Source: a virus
Taxonomy: Duplodnaviria; Caudoviricetes
Virus record (IMG/VR): IMGVR_UViG_3300018405_000014
Span: 32,001 to 96,000 of that record
DNA length: 64,000 bases
Reading direction: 5' to 3' (one strand)
In this document: positions 1 to 9,535 of the stretch, piece by piece
Position numbering within the stretch: position 1 is the first letter of the stretch
How the letters are laid out: every line of letters starts with the position of its first letter
Program-made: the position numbers and the translations under genes
Notes under the pieces: model-generated
Seen by the model: the letters and a program-made list of their open reading frames with translations, nothing else
The model's database searches: none
What the model was told of the DNA's origin: nothing

Positions 1-1
1 T

Positions 2-241
2 GATCTTGCTGTCCTAGAATTCGACAGCCAGGATCGCGAATACTTCAAAGTAGTCGACGGGATATCCGGTTATTTGGAATGGTGTGAACAGGAGAAAGCG
101 CGGGTCTCTATGAATGCGATCTGCAATGCCTGTCCCTATTACGGTAAGTGTCTCTCTGAACACTTGAGAGAGGTGGTGGCACTGGATGAATCCTGCAATG
201 GGTTCCGTGGACTCATAGAGCGCTGGGAGAAACTGAAATGA
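2..241 (+). CDS. C-terminal part of a radical SAM/SPASM-like protein (partial, 5' end outside window)
   Basis: Frame from nt 2 reads DLAVLEFDSQDREYF...ICNACPYYGKCLSEHLREVVALDESCNGF...KLK*. Its CX2CX5CX14C motif resembles those of the next three genes; stop overlaps next start (ATGA). Confidence 0.7.
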   Translation, partial: DLAVLEFDSQDREYFKVVDGISGYLEWCEQEKARVSMNAICNACPYYGKCLSEHLREVVALDESCNGFRGLIERWEKLK

Positions 242-1305
242 TGACTGATCCTGCTACATTCACTGTGAACTTCAATCTGGAGATCACTGCCGGGTGCGGC
301 TATAACTGTCTAGGATGTACAGTCGATAAGAATGGGGCGAATACCCAGCTCGAACCGGAACTAGGCGATCTTCTGCCCCTTCTGGAGGACATTAGATCGA
401 AAGGCTGGCGCACACTCGAATTGAAAGTAGGGCCAACTGACCTGACCACTGCTGAGAACGGCTTTACCATCCTTGATGATCCTGTCTTCGGGAAGATAGT
501 CAGCTACTTCAACTTGATCTCAATTAATCTGGCAATGTTGAATGACCATGGCCTTAAAAGGTTAGCCGACAAGCTTGAAGAATTGATCCCTGGCAAATAC
601 CTGATGGTAGGTACCCCTGTCACCCTCAAGAACATGCTGAATAAGAAATACATGACGCAGTTGAGGGAACGATTTGCCCGCTTCAAGGGTATGTTAAAGA
701 CCATTACATTCACTCGCATTTACATGACCATCAACGTCGATTCGGATTCCATCCGCCAATTCAGTGACGAGACCTTCGATGCAATCAGCGACAGTAACCT
801 GACAGAGTTTGATTCGGTAGAATTCGTTTTCACCGATGTGAGGCGTGGCTTTGATAACCTCATGGTTGCCGAACAGTTCAAGCGGGTGACGCGCCAGTTT
901 TCATCGTTCGTACTTGATCGTGAAAAACGTGTGGCGGGCAGTCATGTCTTCACTCGACTGGTACCTCGTCCACAGGAGGGGTTCGAGTTCACTTACCGTA
1001 CAGGTGACCTCTATACAACGATAACCATGGTTGAAACGCTGACTATCTTTGACGATAAGTACAAACTCCCAAAACCATGGACATTCGAGTCACTGATTGA
1101 CTTCAGGGAAAACCAGTACGCTGATACACTGATAAAGTATTCAGGGCATCCTGAATGTGGCGATTGTTGTTACCTTGACAACTGCTCTCGAAATAACATC
1201 CCGACGCTGATGGAAGAGGCCAGCAGTGATAGGTGCCTGTTCGACATCAAGAACAGGTGGGAACCTGCCTGTCACCTCGAGAATCCGGAAAGGAATATCA
1301 CATGA
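238..1305 (+). CDS. Divergent radical SAM protein with C-terminal SPASM-like Cys cluster
   Basis: N-terminal LEITAGCGYNCLGC (CxxxCxxC); C-terminal CGDCCYLDNC...C. Confidence 0.75.
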   Translation: MMTDPATFTVNFNLEITAGCGYNCLGCTVDKNGANTQLEPELGDLLPLLEDIRSKGWRTLELKVGPTDLTTAENGFTILDDPVFGKIVSYFNLISINLAMLNDHGLKRLADKLEELIPGKYLMVGTPVTLKNMLNKKYMTQLRERFARFKGMLKTITFTRIYMTINVDSDSIRQFSDETFDAISDSNLTEFDSVEFVFTDVRRGFDNLMVAEQFKRVTRQFSSFVLDREKRVAGSHVFTRLVPRPQEGFEFTYRTGDLYTTITMVETLTIFDDKYKLPKPWTFESLIDFRENQYADTLIKYSGHPECGDCCYLDNCSRNNIPTLMEEASSDRCLFDIKNRWEPACHLENPERNIT

Positions 1306-2381
1306 AAAAACCTATAGTACAGCATCGCCAGCGCCTGGAGATTGCCCTCGATATTCTAAAGGGATGTGGTCACTCGTGTAGTGGCTGCATGATCGATAAG
1401 GAACTCGGCGGTAGTGCAGAAGACATTCCCCAACTGTACGCTCTAATTCAAGAGATGGTGGCTGATGGTGGGTACGTTGCATTTGACCTTGGTGTAGGAC
1501 CGACTGACTACATGTCTTCGGATAACACCAGTGTCCTCATGGACAACCCAACATTTAGAACCATGGCGCAGATGTTTGACCAGGTTACGTTCAACGCCGC
1601 CTTCCTCGAGAAAGACCTGGACAAGTACGCTAAAATGTGCGAAGAGATCGACGAGGCCTGTCCCAACAAGGCGATTCGATTTCTGATGCCTGCTGCCCCC
1701 GACTTCTTCAAAACAGATAAGTTCGGGACCATGATTGCCAGTAAGCTCCAATACGTCAAAGATACGTTTAAGAAAGCCTACTTAAATGAAGCAGGGTTTG
1801 TGGTCAACTGTACCTCAGACACTGTAAGCGAGAACTTTGACGAATTGATGAAGAACGGCTTTGCAGTGGAGTTCCCCACTGAGAAAGACGATATCCTCAA
1901 TATCCCATATGGTCGGCTACCTTACAAGGATATTATGGTTGGCCAGAACATCAGACGGATGTCCCACCGTATCAGTCAGTTCTACTCTGCTCTCTGTGGT
2001 GTGGATGAGCGCCGCAGGAACCCTGATCTCTGTTACCACACTGGCACTATGGTAAACCTCTGGTACACAGGCGGTAAGCTCTACTGGGTACCTTTCTTAA
2101 AAGATGATTGTCCGTTCCTTGAAGAAGAATTTGTCATCCCTAAGCCCTGGAACATGGAGAATGTTCTAAGTGTTCGTCAGAAAGCGATGAATGAGGCGAT
2201 CGAGTATCTGGAAGGTACTGACTGCATGACATGTGTTTACATGAGCAGTTGTACCGAGAAAGGGATCATTAATATCATGAAACGGTTAGCAATCAAAGAC
2301 TGTATGGTAGGGCTTCAGTATGTCAGAGATGATTCCCAATCGGGGGTTCAACATAACCTTGGAGATCCTTCAAGGGTGTAA
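1302..2381 (+). CDS. Divergent radical SAM protein with C-terminal SPASM-like Cys cluster
   Basis: Start MKKPIVQ at ATGA overlap with AAGGA SD; LDILKGCGHSCSGC; C-terminal CMTCVYMSSC...C. Confidence 0.75.
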   Translation: MKKPIVQHRQRLEIALDILKGCGHSCSGCMIDKELGGSAEDIPQLYALIQEMVADGGYVAFDLGVGPTDYMSSDNTSVLMDNPTFRTMAQMFDQVTFNAAFLEKDLDKYAKMCEEIDEACPNKAIRFLMPAAPDFFKTDKFGTMIASKLQYVKDTFKKAYLNEAGFVVNCTSDTVSENFDELMKNGFAVEFPTEKDDILNIPYGRLPYKDIMVGQNIRRMSHRISQFYSALCGVDERRRNPDLCYHTGTMVNLWYTGGKLYWVPFLKDDCPFLEEEFVIPKPWNMENVLSVRQKAMNEAIEYLEGTDCMTCVYMSSCTEKGIINIMKRLAIKDCMVGLQYVRDDSQSGVQHNLGDPSRV

Positions 2382-3333
2382 GTACAGTTGTGTTGGCTGT
2401 ATGGTCGATAAGGAACTTGATCCCGGTCCGTTCGATGAAGATGGACCGGCACTGCTCTCCTTAGTCGATGAGATGAAGGACAGTGGATATGAGCTCAATG
2501 AGTTCACAGTTGGTCCGGTTGATGTTATCGCGTCGAGTGCTGGTACCGCTATCCTGGACCATCCATTGATACAGTCCTTGGCAGATCGATACTGTGGTAT
2601 GGTACTGCCGCTCGCCCTGCTGCAAGAGACAGGCCTTAAGGAACTGTGCGAGAAACTAAACTCCCTATTAAAAGGGAAGCGGTTGAAAGTTGCCACTCCC
2701 TTCCCCGTGAGAAGTATCCGAAATAGAAAACACATCGACCTAATCAAAGACCGGGTGCAGTATATCGTTGATCATCTACCAGATGTCAAGTTCGAGTTAC
2801 TCTACCTCACCGTGAATATGTCAGACGACCCGACTGAACACCTTAGCGATCAACTCGATAAGGAAATTCATGCGTTGGATTTCGGCGTCCGTAAACTGGT
2901 GGAATATGTCTTCCCCCATGCTCGTAAGGGTTTCGATGACCTTGTCAACAGACAGGCATTCTTAAGAGCGTTTACAGGCTTCACTGAGGTCATCCGAGAA
3001 AACCGGTCGCGGTACCTGATAAAGCCTTTGGATGATTCCCTGGAACTCACCTATAGGAACGGGTACCTATATTACACCCCAACACTAATTGAGAAGTTTC
3101 CTCTATTCTCAGATCAATATAGCATTGAACGACCATGGACACGTCATGGGGTCGAAGGACTGGAAGGGAATCTCTATATCGACGAACTTACTCGTCGAGT
3201 TGAGCACGTTACCTGCGGCGATTGTATCCATATCGATCGTTGCGCACGAGGTGACATCCATCTGATAATGACCCATTTGAATTACGACGAATGCCTGGTC
3301 GGGATGAAGAACGATTGGACTATGCCATTATGA
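2320..3333 (+). CDS. Divergent radical SAM protein with C-terminal SPASM-like Cys cluster
   Basis: LEILQGCKYSCVGC; C-terminal CGDCIHIDRC...C; clear paralogue of the two upstream genes. Confidence 0.75.
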   Translation: MSEMIPNRGFNITLEILQGCKYSCVGCMVDKELDPGPFDEDGPALLSLVDEMKDSGYELNEFTVGPVDVIASSAGTAILDHPLIQSLADRYCGMVLPLALLQETGLKELCEKLNSLLKGKRLKVATPFPVRSIRNRKHIDLIKDRVQYIVDHLPDVKFELLYLTVNMSDDPTEHLSDQLDKEIHALDFGVRKLVEYVFPHARKGFDDLVNRQAFLRAFTGFTEVIRENRSRYLIKPLDDSLELTYRNGYLYYTPTLIEKFPLFSDQYSIERPWTRHGVEGLEGNLYIDELTRRVEHVTCGDCIHIDRCARGDIHLIMTHLNYDECLVGMKNDWTMPL

Positions 3334-3758
3334 CTCCACCTTATAAAGATTTTCAGCGTGTCTACAATCAGTTAATTACGGATCATCCAGATGACTTCAG
3401 TAACATGGAGATCATTGAAGACGATGAGTTGGTGGACAATGCCCTGTCTTATTTCAAGCACGCTACGTTCCCCCTTATCTACCGTAGTAAGAGTTACGCG
3501 GTCGCCATTATCTACGCGCATAAACTCAATGAAATCTACGGTATCGATAAGTACGATATACTGAATGACCCTGATTTATTCCTGGGTCAGGACATGTATT
3601 TCGTACCGTATAGTCAAGACCCTGAGACATACGACCGAATCATGGAACGTCTAATGACCATCCCAAATTGGATTGAGTCAGGGTGGGCCCCTCAGACCGT
3701 TAAGTATTGTCTACTTGAATGTACTGAGGAAGGCATTGCTTCACTTAGCGAGGTGTAA
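3330..3758 (+). CDS. Hypothetical protein of the radical SAM operon
   Basis: ATGA-coupled ORF (MTPPYKDF...), 142 aa. Confidence 0.75.
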   Translation: MTPPYKDFQRVYNQLITDHPDDFSNMEIIEDDELVDNALSYFKHATFPLIYRSKSYAVAIIYAHKLNEIYGIDKYDILNDPDLFLGQDMYFVPYSQDPETYDRIMERLMTIPNWIESGWAPQTVKYCLLECTEEGIASLSEV

Positions 3759-3759
3759 T

Positions 3760-4320
3760 GTGGAAGTCTTTGAACTCTGGAAGACCCCGATTGTACGCAT
3801 CAATGTTGCGGATCGGTTCAACATGGCAGACTGGACCGATGAGGTGTTCGCACTATACAGCATGACTGGTGGGGAGGACAGCCGCCAGCGCTGCATCGAT
3901 AAAGATTTGTTTCCAGTCATCCTCAGTATGCGCGATGAGGTGATCACTCCGGCAGTGAAACAATTCTGCCTAGATCACTTCAATTACAAGGTTGGGAACT
4001 TCTACGTCGACACCAATGGCAAGTGGATTGTTGAGGGTGAAGGTCTGTATCCACATTACCATCCCGGTTCGGTTGTCTCGGCAATTTGCTACCCAGGTGA
4101 CTCGGTAAATGGCATGACCATGTTCGACCCGAAAGGGAATGCATGTCGTGGTTACCCAAAACCTATGCGGAACAGTGCACTATTCAAAAACTTTACACTA
4201 CAACCCAAGCAAGGGGACATCTATTTGTTCCCGAGTTATGTGCAGCACAGCGTAGCCCACGTCACCGAGGACTTGCGTCTGTCGTTACTGCACGAATACT
4301 ACATCATCGAGGACCTTTAG
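3760..4320 (+). CDS. Putative 2OG-Fe(II) oxygenase (TIGR02466-like)
   Basis: GTG start with GAGGT SD; PHYHPGSVVSAICY (HxH), PKQGDIYLFPSYVQHSV (distal His), RLS. Confidence 0.75.
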   Translation: MEVFELWKTPIVRINVADRFNMADWTDEVFALYSMTGGEDSRQRCIDKDLFPVILSMRDEVITPAVKQFCLDHFNYKVGNFYVDTNGKWIVEGEGLYPHYHPGSVVSAICYPGDSVNGMTMFDPKGNACRGYPKPMRNSALFKNFTLQPKQGDIYLFPSYVQHSVAHVTEDLRLSLLHEYYIIEDL

Positions 4321-4405
4321 CCATCGATGAGGGCGTCGCCTTGCGTGGTCTCCCTCGATCTTCTGCTCTCTGGGCGGAAGATCACTTACCTGCTTGGAGT
4401 TCACA

Positions 4406-5839
4406 ATGTCAATTCCACCAATTATTCAATATCCCTTGGATCTCACTGGCACCTCGCCAACGAACCACATTGTTGGGGAAGTCCGTGATATCCTGACCGA
4501 TGCCAATCGGGTCTTTATTCCGTTGGCCGGTCCGTTTTATGCCGACAGTTTCACCATCCTCGACAACGAAACCGGTATGCCGCTACGCCCTGTGGATGAT
4601 TATATCCTGGCACAACCGTTTTCTCAAGCGTCGTTGCGCAGCGGCAAGGATGTTCAGTCGGCGGTCGTGCTTCGTGTATCAGCGCCGATCAGTGTCAAGC
4701 TTGACTACCGTGTAGTCGGTGGTGAGTATTCCTGGAACCTCGATGCGTTGCAGGACCTGATCACTCAGTTGGATCTGGATGACCGCCCTATCAAATGGGG
4801 TTCTGTTCTGGGTCGTCCAACAGCCTATCCAGCAGCCCCTCACATCCATGACATCGGTGATACCTTTGGCTGGGAATATGTCGTCTGGCAACTTGAGCGC
4901 ATCACTCAAGCGATCATGGTGGGCGATGAAGCCTCGCATGAAGAGATCCGTCAGCAAATCCGGATTGTTGAAGAGCAGCTTATTTCGCTCATTGGCAGTT
5001 TGGACAATCGACTGGTCACGCACGTTAATGACAAAACCAACCCCCATGCCACGACCAAAGCACAGGTCGGGCTTGGAAGCGTCGACAACTATGCCACAGC
5101 CACGGCAGCTGAAGCCCTGGCGGGTCTGGTAAACAACCGCTTCATGACCCCAGCGCTGGCCAACACTCTGGCACAACGCATTGCAGCCGAACACGTAGCA
5201 GACCATGAGGCCAAGAAGACCAACCCCCATGCGGTTACTAAGGCGCAAGTGGGTCTGGGTAATGTGGACAATTACCTCACGGCTACCCAAGCACAGGCCA
5301 CTAATGGCACCGCGAACGACAAGTTCATGACGCCCTTGAGGACCAAGGAAGCGATCAATGCCATCGCCGGGAATTTGCTGCAGGCGCACATCAACAACAC
5401 CAGTAACCCACACTCTACGACCAAAGCACAGGTCGGCTTGGGTAATGTGGACAATTACAGCACCGCCACCGCCGAACAGGGTATTTCCACTACGATCTCC
5501 GATAAGTTCATGACGCCTCAACGGACTTATCAGGCCATCATGTCGCACGCCGGAAATGCCCTGAACAGCCACATCGGAAATCTGAACAACCCACACCAGA
5601 CCACCGCAGCACAAGTGGGCGCATACACCACAAGTCAGACCGACACCCTGCTGTCCAGGAAATTGGGTTCGGCTGAGACAGCGGTCAATGCGAATCGTCT
5701 GGAAAACACCACCCGTGCATCAATCCTGTCGGATGCTTACGCAGCTGTCGGAAGCATGGGTAAGCGCAACGTGTTCATCTCCACGGTCGATCCAACCGGC
5801 TCTCAAGGTGCGGTAGGTGATATCTGGCTGACTTACTGA
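4406..5839 (+). CDS. Tail fibre/baseplate-associated virion protein
   Basis: YPLDLTG N-terminus typical of phiKZ-like baseplate/fibre proteins; four NPHxxTxAQVG(LGxVDNY) fibre repeats; GGAG SD. Confidence 0.8.
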   Translation: MSIPPIIQYPLDLTGTSPTNHIVGEVRDILTDANRVFIPLAGPFYADSFTILDNETGMPLRPVDDYILAQPFSQASLRSGKDVQSAVVLRVSAPISVKLDYRVVGGEYSWNLDALQDLITQLDLDDRPIKWGSVLGRPTAYPAAPHIHDIGDTFGWEYVVWQLERITQAIMVGDEASHEEIRQQIRIVEEQLISLIGSLDNRLVTHVNDKTNPHATTKAQVGLGSVDNYATATAAEALAGLVNNRFMTPALANTLAQRIAAEHVADHEAKKTNPHAVTKAQVGLGNVDNYLTATQAQATNGTANDKFMTPLRTKEAINAIAGNLLQAHINNTSNPHSTTKAQVGLGNVDNYSTATAEQGISTTISDKFMTPQRTYQAIMSHAGNALNSHIGNLNNPHQTTAAQVGAYTTSQTDTLLSRKLGSAETAVNANRLENTTRASILSDAYAAVGSMGKRNVFISTVDPTGSQGAVGDIWLTY

Positions 5840-5849
5840 GGAAGCTGAT

Positions 5850-6983
5850 ATGCCTATTGACATGAAGATAGGTCCATCGACCTGGGCCAGGACAAAGCAA
5901 CCGCATGTGAAGGTGTCTGACTCGAGCTGGGCGCCGTTGAAACGCGCGCTGGTGAAAACAACTGCAGGCTGGAAGGAAGTCTGGCCATCGGAAATGGTTT
6001 ACACCCACACCGGTGTTGGTTATAACCTGAACATCTACAACTGTTTCGGTCAACCCAATTCGCCTGGGAAGTACGTGTTTGTTAACAACGGCTACATTGG
6101 TTCAGATACTACCGATCAATGGGCCTTGGCGACAGGTGTGTTCCCGGCAGGTTCAACTGTGGTCATCATCAACAATGGCCTGATCATTGGACGGGGTGGT
6201 CACGGTGCATCCTTCCATAGCTATGGAATGAGTTCATCGATCAGTCAGGCCGGCCCTGGCGGCCCTGGACTTAACCTCCAGACACCCGTCACTATCCAGA
6301 ACAATGGGGTTATCGCGGGTGGTGGTGGTGGTGGCGGTGCCAGTGGAGACTTCGGCGGGAAAACACGTTGGAACTTCCGAGGGGGTGGCGGTGCAGGCAT
6401 TGAGCCAGGTGTAGGTGGTATCCATACCTGGGGTAATACGCCACCTTCCCCGGCCACTTATGAATTGGGAGGTATCGCCAGAAGTGGCAGTGATGGACAT
6501 GGTGGCAACGCAGGTGTAAATGGACGAACTGCAACCATGGTTGTCAACAACGACCACTCGATGATGACGATTGGTGCACCTGCTGGTATCTCCATTGGCA
6601 GTACTGGTTTTATTCAGGCCGGTTCTACCGGTTTGGATTCCACCCGTGTTAAAGGTCGACAGGTTGGGGGTACGGGACGTACTCGTATACGGGTTGCCAG
6701 TATCGATGGTCGAGGCCAATACGGTGATACCCTCACCGTGAACCTGACCTATGACGGCCCGGCTGGTACCATCGGCGGATCATGGATTTCAGGCGGTTCC
6801 ATGATCTCGGTCGGGCGCATCGGAAACACCTTCAGATTTACCGCAACAGGGTACGAAAGCGGGTATTCGAGAAACTTCTGGCGCAGTGGGACCATGCGGT
6901 TCACCCTGACAACTGGGGAAGGCAGTGACTACCAGGATGTGTACATCCGAGTAGGTGATGGCGGCTACTTTGAACTTTACTAA
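5850..6983 (+). CDS. Glycine-rich tail fibre tip/adhesin-like protein
   Basis: GWKEVWP N-terminal motif, INNGLIIGRGGHG and NNGVIAGGGGGGG glycine-rich blocks; follows fibre gene. Confidence 0.75.
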   Translation: MPIDMKIGPSTWARTKQPHVKVSDSSWAPLKRALVKTTAGWKEVWPSEMVYTHTGVGYNLNIYNCFGQPNSPGKYVFVNNGYIGSDTTDQWALATGVFPAGSTVVIINNGLIIGRGGHGASFHSYGMSSSISQAGPGGPGLNLQTPVTIQNNGVIAGGGGGGGASGDFGGKTRWNFRGGGGAGIEPGVGGIHTWGNTPPSPATYELGGIARSGSDGHGGNAGVNGRTATMVVNNDHSMMTIGAPAGISIGSTGFIQAGSTGLDSTRVKGRQVGGTGRTRIRVASIDGRGQYGDTLTVNLTYDGPAGTIGGSWISGGSMISVGRIGNTFRFTATGYESGYSRNFWRSGTMRFTLTTGEGSDYQDVYIRVGDGGYFELY

Positions 6984-7204
6984 GATACGAGTGGCGGGGG
7001 TTGTTGTTTCACGGGCGATTCGCTGGTAACCATGTACAACGGTGACCTCAAGCGAATTGATGAGGTGGTACCAGGCGATCTGGTCAAGACTCCGTGCAGT
7101 TTACGTGGGACGGTTCGAACGAGCAGATCCCAGTTTACAGCGTTTACGACTACGAGTTGCCTGCAGTGGATGCCTCACCATTCAAGCGCATCAGCGACAA
7201 GTAA
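6984..7204 (+). pseudogene. Remnant of a C-terminal Hint (intein/hedgehog-like) domain of the preceding fibre gene
   Basis: In frame directly after TAA 6981-6983: DTSGGGCCFTGDSLVTMYNGDLKRIDEVVPGDLVKT (Hint N-terminal block). The similarity then stops, and a protein-like tail continues in another frame to TAA at ~7204. Confidence 0.7.
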
Positions 7205-7293
7205 TTGCATACGGGAGGGGCAACCCTCTCGCTATGTCACGTCTCATTATATGACCAGAACACCTACCCACCACTCCGAGCAAGGGGTTATTC

Positions 7294-7929
7294 ATGCTTG
7301 ATGAAATTTACACCGGTCCTGACCGAGGCCATTTCAGGACCATCCGTCTACTGGACAATAGCGGTGTTCAGCAACTGGCAAACTGCCGAATCAAGGAAGC
7401 TACGGTATTCAACTACCTGAGCGACCTGAAGTACGCCATTATTGGTTACACCGTTGAATGGTGGAAGAATGACGAACAAGCCCCGCACGAGGGCGGTGAA
7501 TCGCAGATCTACATTCCACACGGTCGACCCAATGTCAACAAGCTTTACTTCCGGGCTAAGTCGAGCATCACCTCGAACATGCTGTATCTGGAAGATGCCA
7601 TCATCAACGACTTCCTGAACACCAAGGCATTGGCTGATCCGATGTCCCTGCAGTCGTACAGTCAGGAAGCGGCTGAACAAACTGCCTCAGTGGCCATCTG
7701 GCGTGAATTGGAAGGCACTCCTTACTCGTACAACGAAGCCGTCCACATCACCCAATTGCAAGCCACACCTGACAGCCCACTGATGGTGGTCTCTCAAGGT
7801 CTGCGGGCCAACTGGCGTCACACTGGTGCAGAGGAATTGCTCCAACTTCGCGTGACGGATTATGCCTTCACCAAACTGCGTGAGTGCTACGAAAAGCTCC
7901 ATGCTGCTATTATTACCGAGGATGTATAA
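7294..7929 (+). CDS. Hypothetical protein
   Basis: 211-aa ORF with SD, co-oriented with fibre/lysin genes. Confidence 0.7.
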   Translation: MLDEIYTGPDRGHFRTIRLLDNSGVQQLANCRIKEATVFNYLSDLKYAIIGYTVEWWKNDEQAPHEGGESQIYIPHGRPNVNKLYFRAKSSITSNMLYLEDAIINDFLNTKALADPMSLQSYSQEAAEQTASVAIWRELEGTPYSYNEAVHITQLQATPDSPLMVVSQGLRANWRHTGAEELLQLRVTDYAFTKLRECYEKLHAAIITEDV

Positions 7930-7932
7930 GTC

Positions 7933-8655
7933 ATGGCCACTAAAGAAACCTTGAAAGAACTCCAGCGCCAAATGAAGGCAGCTGGGATGTACAGCGGCGC
8001 TATCGATGGACTCTGGGGCCCGATCAGTCACGGAGCGTTTCTCAATGCCCGCCGCAAAGCGCTGCGGATGAGCCGACCGAGCGCTGAAGCCAATGGCATT
8101 GGTCCGTTGCTGTTCAGTTACTGTAAAGCCACTGCATGGTCCGCCAAGGTCTCTGAAGAATTCGTAGGGATGGTACATCAGATCTGTGACGACCTGCAGA
8201 TGGGTACCCAGGGCGCTGACCTACTGATGTCCTGCATGGCGTTCGAGACGGGCGAGACCTTCAGTCCCTCCATCAAGAACGGTGCTGGCGCACCTCACTA
8301 CGGTCTGATCCAGTTTGGCAGGGCTGCTGCAAAGGACGTAGGGACCACTGTAGAGGCGCTGGTGACCCTGACAGCCGAACAGCAGCTGATCTACGTCCAC
8401 AAGTTCTTCAAGCCGTATAAAGGCAAACTGAAGACCCTGAGTGACATTTACATGCGCATCCTCTACCCTGTGGCCGTTGGTAAGCCCGAAGACTATGTAT
8501 TATTCAGTGAAAAGAATACGAAGTCTAAGGCATATGTTCAAAACCGTGGTCTCGATGCTAACCGTGATGGGCTTATCACCAAAGCCGAAGCCGCTGCAAA
8601 AGTACAGGACAAGTTGCGTCGTGGTCTGCATCCCCGTAATCTGCGGGCCTGCTGA
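7933..8655 (+). CDS. Endolysin: peptidoglycan-binding domain + lysozyme-like/lytic transglycosylase domain
   Basis: LQRQMKAAGMYSGAIDGLWGPIS (PG-binding); CMAFETGETFSP...GLIQF; EF-hand-like DANRDGLITKAE. Confidence 0.85.
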   Translation: MATKETLKELQRQMKAAGMYSGAIDGLWGPISHGAFLNARRKALRMSRPSAEANGIGPLLFSYCKATAWSAKVSEEFVGMVHQICDDLQMGTQGADLLMSCMAFETGETFSPSIKNGAGAPHYGLIQFGRAAAKDVGTTVEALVTLTAEQQLIYVHKFFKPYKGKLKTLSDIYMRILYPVAVGKPEDYVLFSEKNTKSKAYVQNRGLDANRDGLITKAEAAAKVQDKLRRGLHPRNLRAC

Positions 8656-8656
8656 A

Positions 8657-8708
8657 ACAAAAAAAAGAAAGTGAAGCTAGAGGGAGCCCTAGGGCTCCCT
8701 CTTATGCC
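8657..8708. terminator. Bidirectional hairpin terminator between convergent genes
   Basis: A-tract then agagggagccc-ta-gggctccctct followed by tatgccg. Confidence 0.75.
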
Positions 8709-8796
8709 GGCTGTAGGTATTCTTACGACCGTTCTGATTTGGTAAGACGAGTAGCACGAATGCCACAGAAGTTGAAAGTGTCTGGCAGACCGTGAG

Positions 8797-8961
8797 TCAG
8801 ATGCCAAGGGCTGATTCCAGGTGCGCAATCTTACGTTCATACTCCAGAACCTCTGGACTGCGAACGCCATAGCGACGCATTGCCCGTTCGAGCAAGCGTA
8901 CGGTATGGTCCAGATCGGATTTGAGGGCGCGGTTGTCGATACCGAACAGTTTCTTAAACAT
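8797..8961 (-). CDS. Small hypothetical protein (54 aa, below ORF track cutoff)
   Basis: MFKKLFGIDNRALKSDLDHTVRLLERAMRRYG...ESALGI*; AAAGGAG SD. Confidence 0.65.
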   Translation of the reverse strand: MFKKLFGIDNRALKSDLDHTVRLLERAMRRYGVRSPEVLEYERKIAHLESALGI

Positions 8962-9003
8962 GGTGCGCCCTCCTTTGGGCCAGTAATAAATTAGGTGGTG
9001 AGA

Positions 9004-9504
9004 TTAACGGCGCTTGGATGAAAGCATGCCAAGGCCAATACCCAGCAGGGTACCCAGGGCCACTGAAGCATTTTCAGTGGCCCTGGTGTGAGTGGATGTG
9101 CCAAAGGTCCGCACCACAGTAGGTTCTACAGCATCCCACGGATCATCGACCGGTACTTCACGCACCTTGGGGTTAGCCTCAGTGCAGTTGTTTACCAGAC
9201 CGACGATATCGTTGTACCCGATGACGAAATGATCGACACCGAGGGCGATGCATGCTGCAGCTACATGATGCTTCTCAGTAGCGGACAACCCACTCCAGGG
9301 ATTGAAGTACAGGGTGTAGGTGCAACGGTATTCGATCTGCACGGACTTGAGTTCCAGCTGACCTTTGGTGGTCTTGTTGAAGACCACCTTGTTGGCTGTA
9401 CCGCGACCAAAGGTAACGACCACACGGGTGCTGGTCGATTCGACATTCGCAGTCTTGGAGAGAATGGTGGCGATAGCAGAAACATCGAGGGTATGAACAT
9501 TCAT
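9004..9504 (-). CDS. Hypothetical early protein with C-terminal hydrophobic anchor
   Basis: TAGGAG SD; ends VALGTLLGIGLGMLSSKRR. Confidence 0.75.
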   Translation of the reverse strand: MNVHTLDVSAIATILSKTANVESTSTRVVVTFGRGTANKVVFNKTTKGQLELKSVQIEYRCTYTLYFNPWSGLSATEKHHVAAACIALGVDHFVIGYNDIVGLVNNCTEANPKVREVPVDDPWDAVEPTVVRTFGTSTHTRATENASVALGTLLGIGLGMLSSKRR

Positions 9505-9535
9505 GGGTAGTTCTCCTAAGAACAGGGTAATGGTG

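Noticed and set aside
5030-5620. Repeated DNA in fibre gene as CRISPR or DGR repeats
   Set aside because: Repeats are degenerate at codon third positions and encode protein repeats; no spacers, cas genes or reverse transcriptase in the window.
6981-6983. Genome-wide stop codon reassignment explaining the in-frame TAA
   Set aside because: TAA, TAG and TGA all end well-defined genes here, and long genes are uninterrupted in the standard code.
7032-7301. 89-aa ORF as an independent gene
   Set aside because: It starts inside the Hint remnant and loses protein-like character after about 20 residues.
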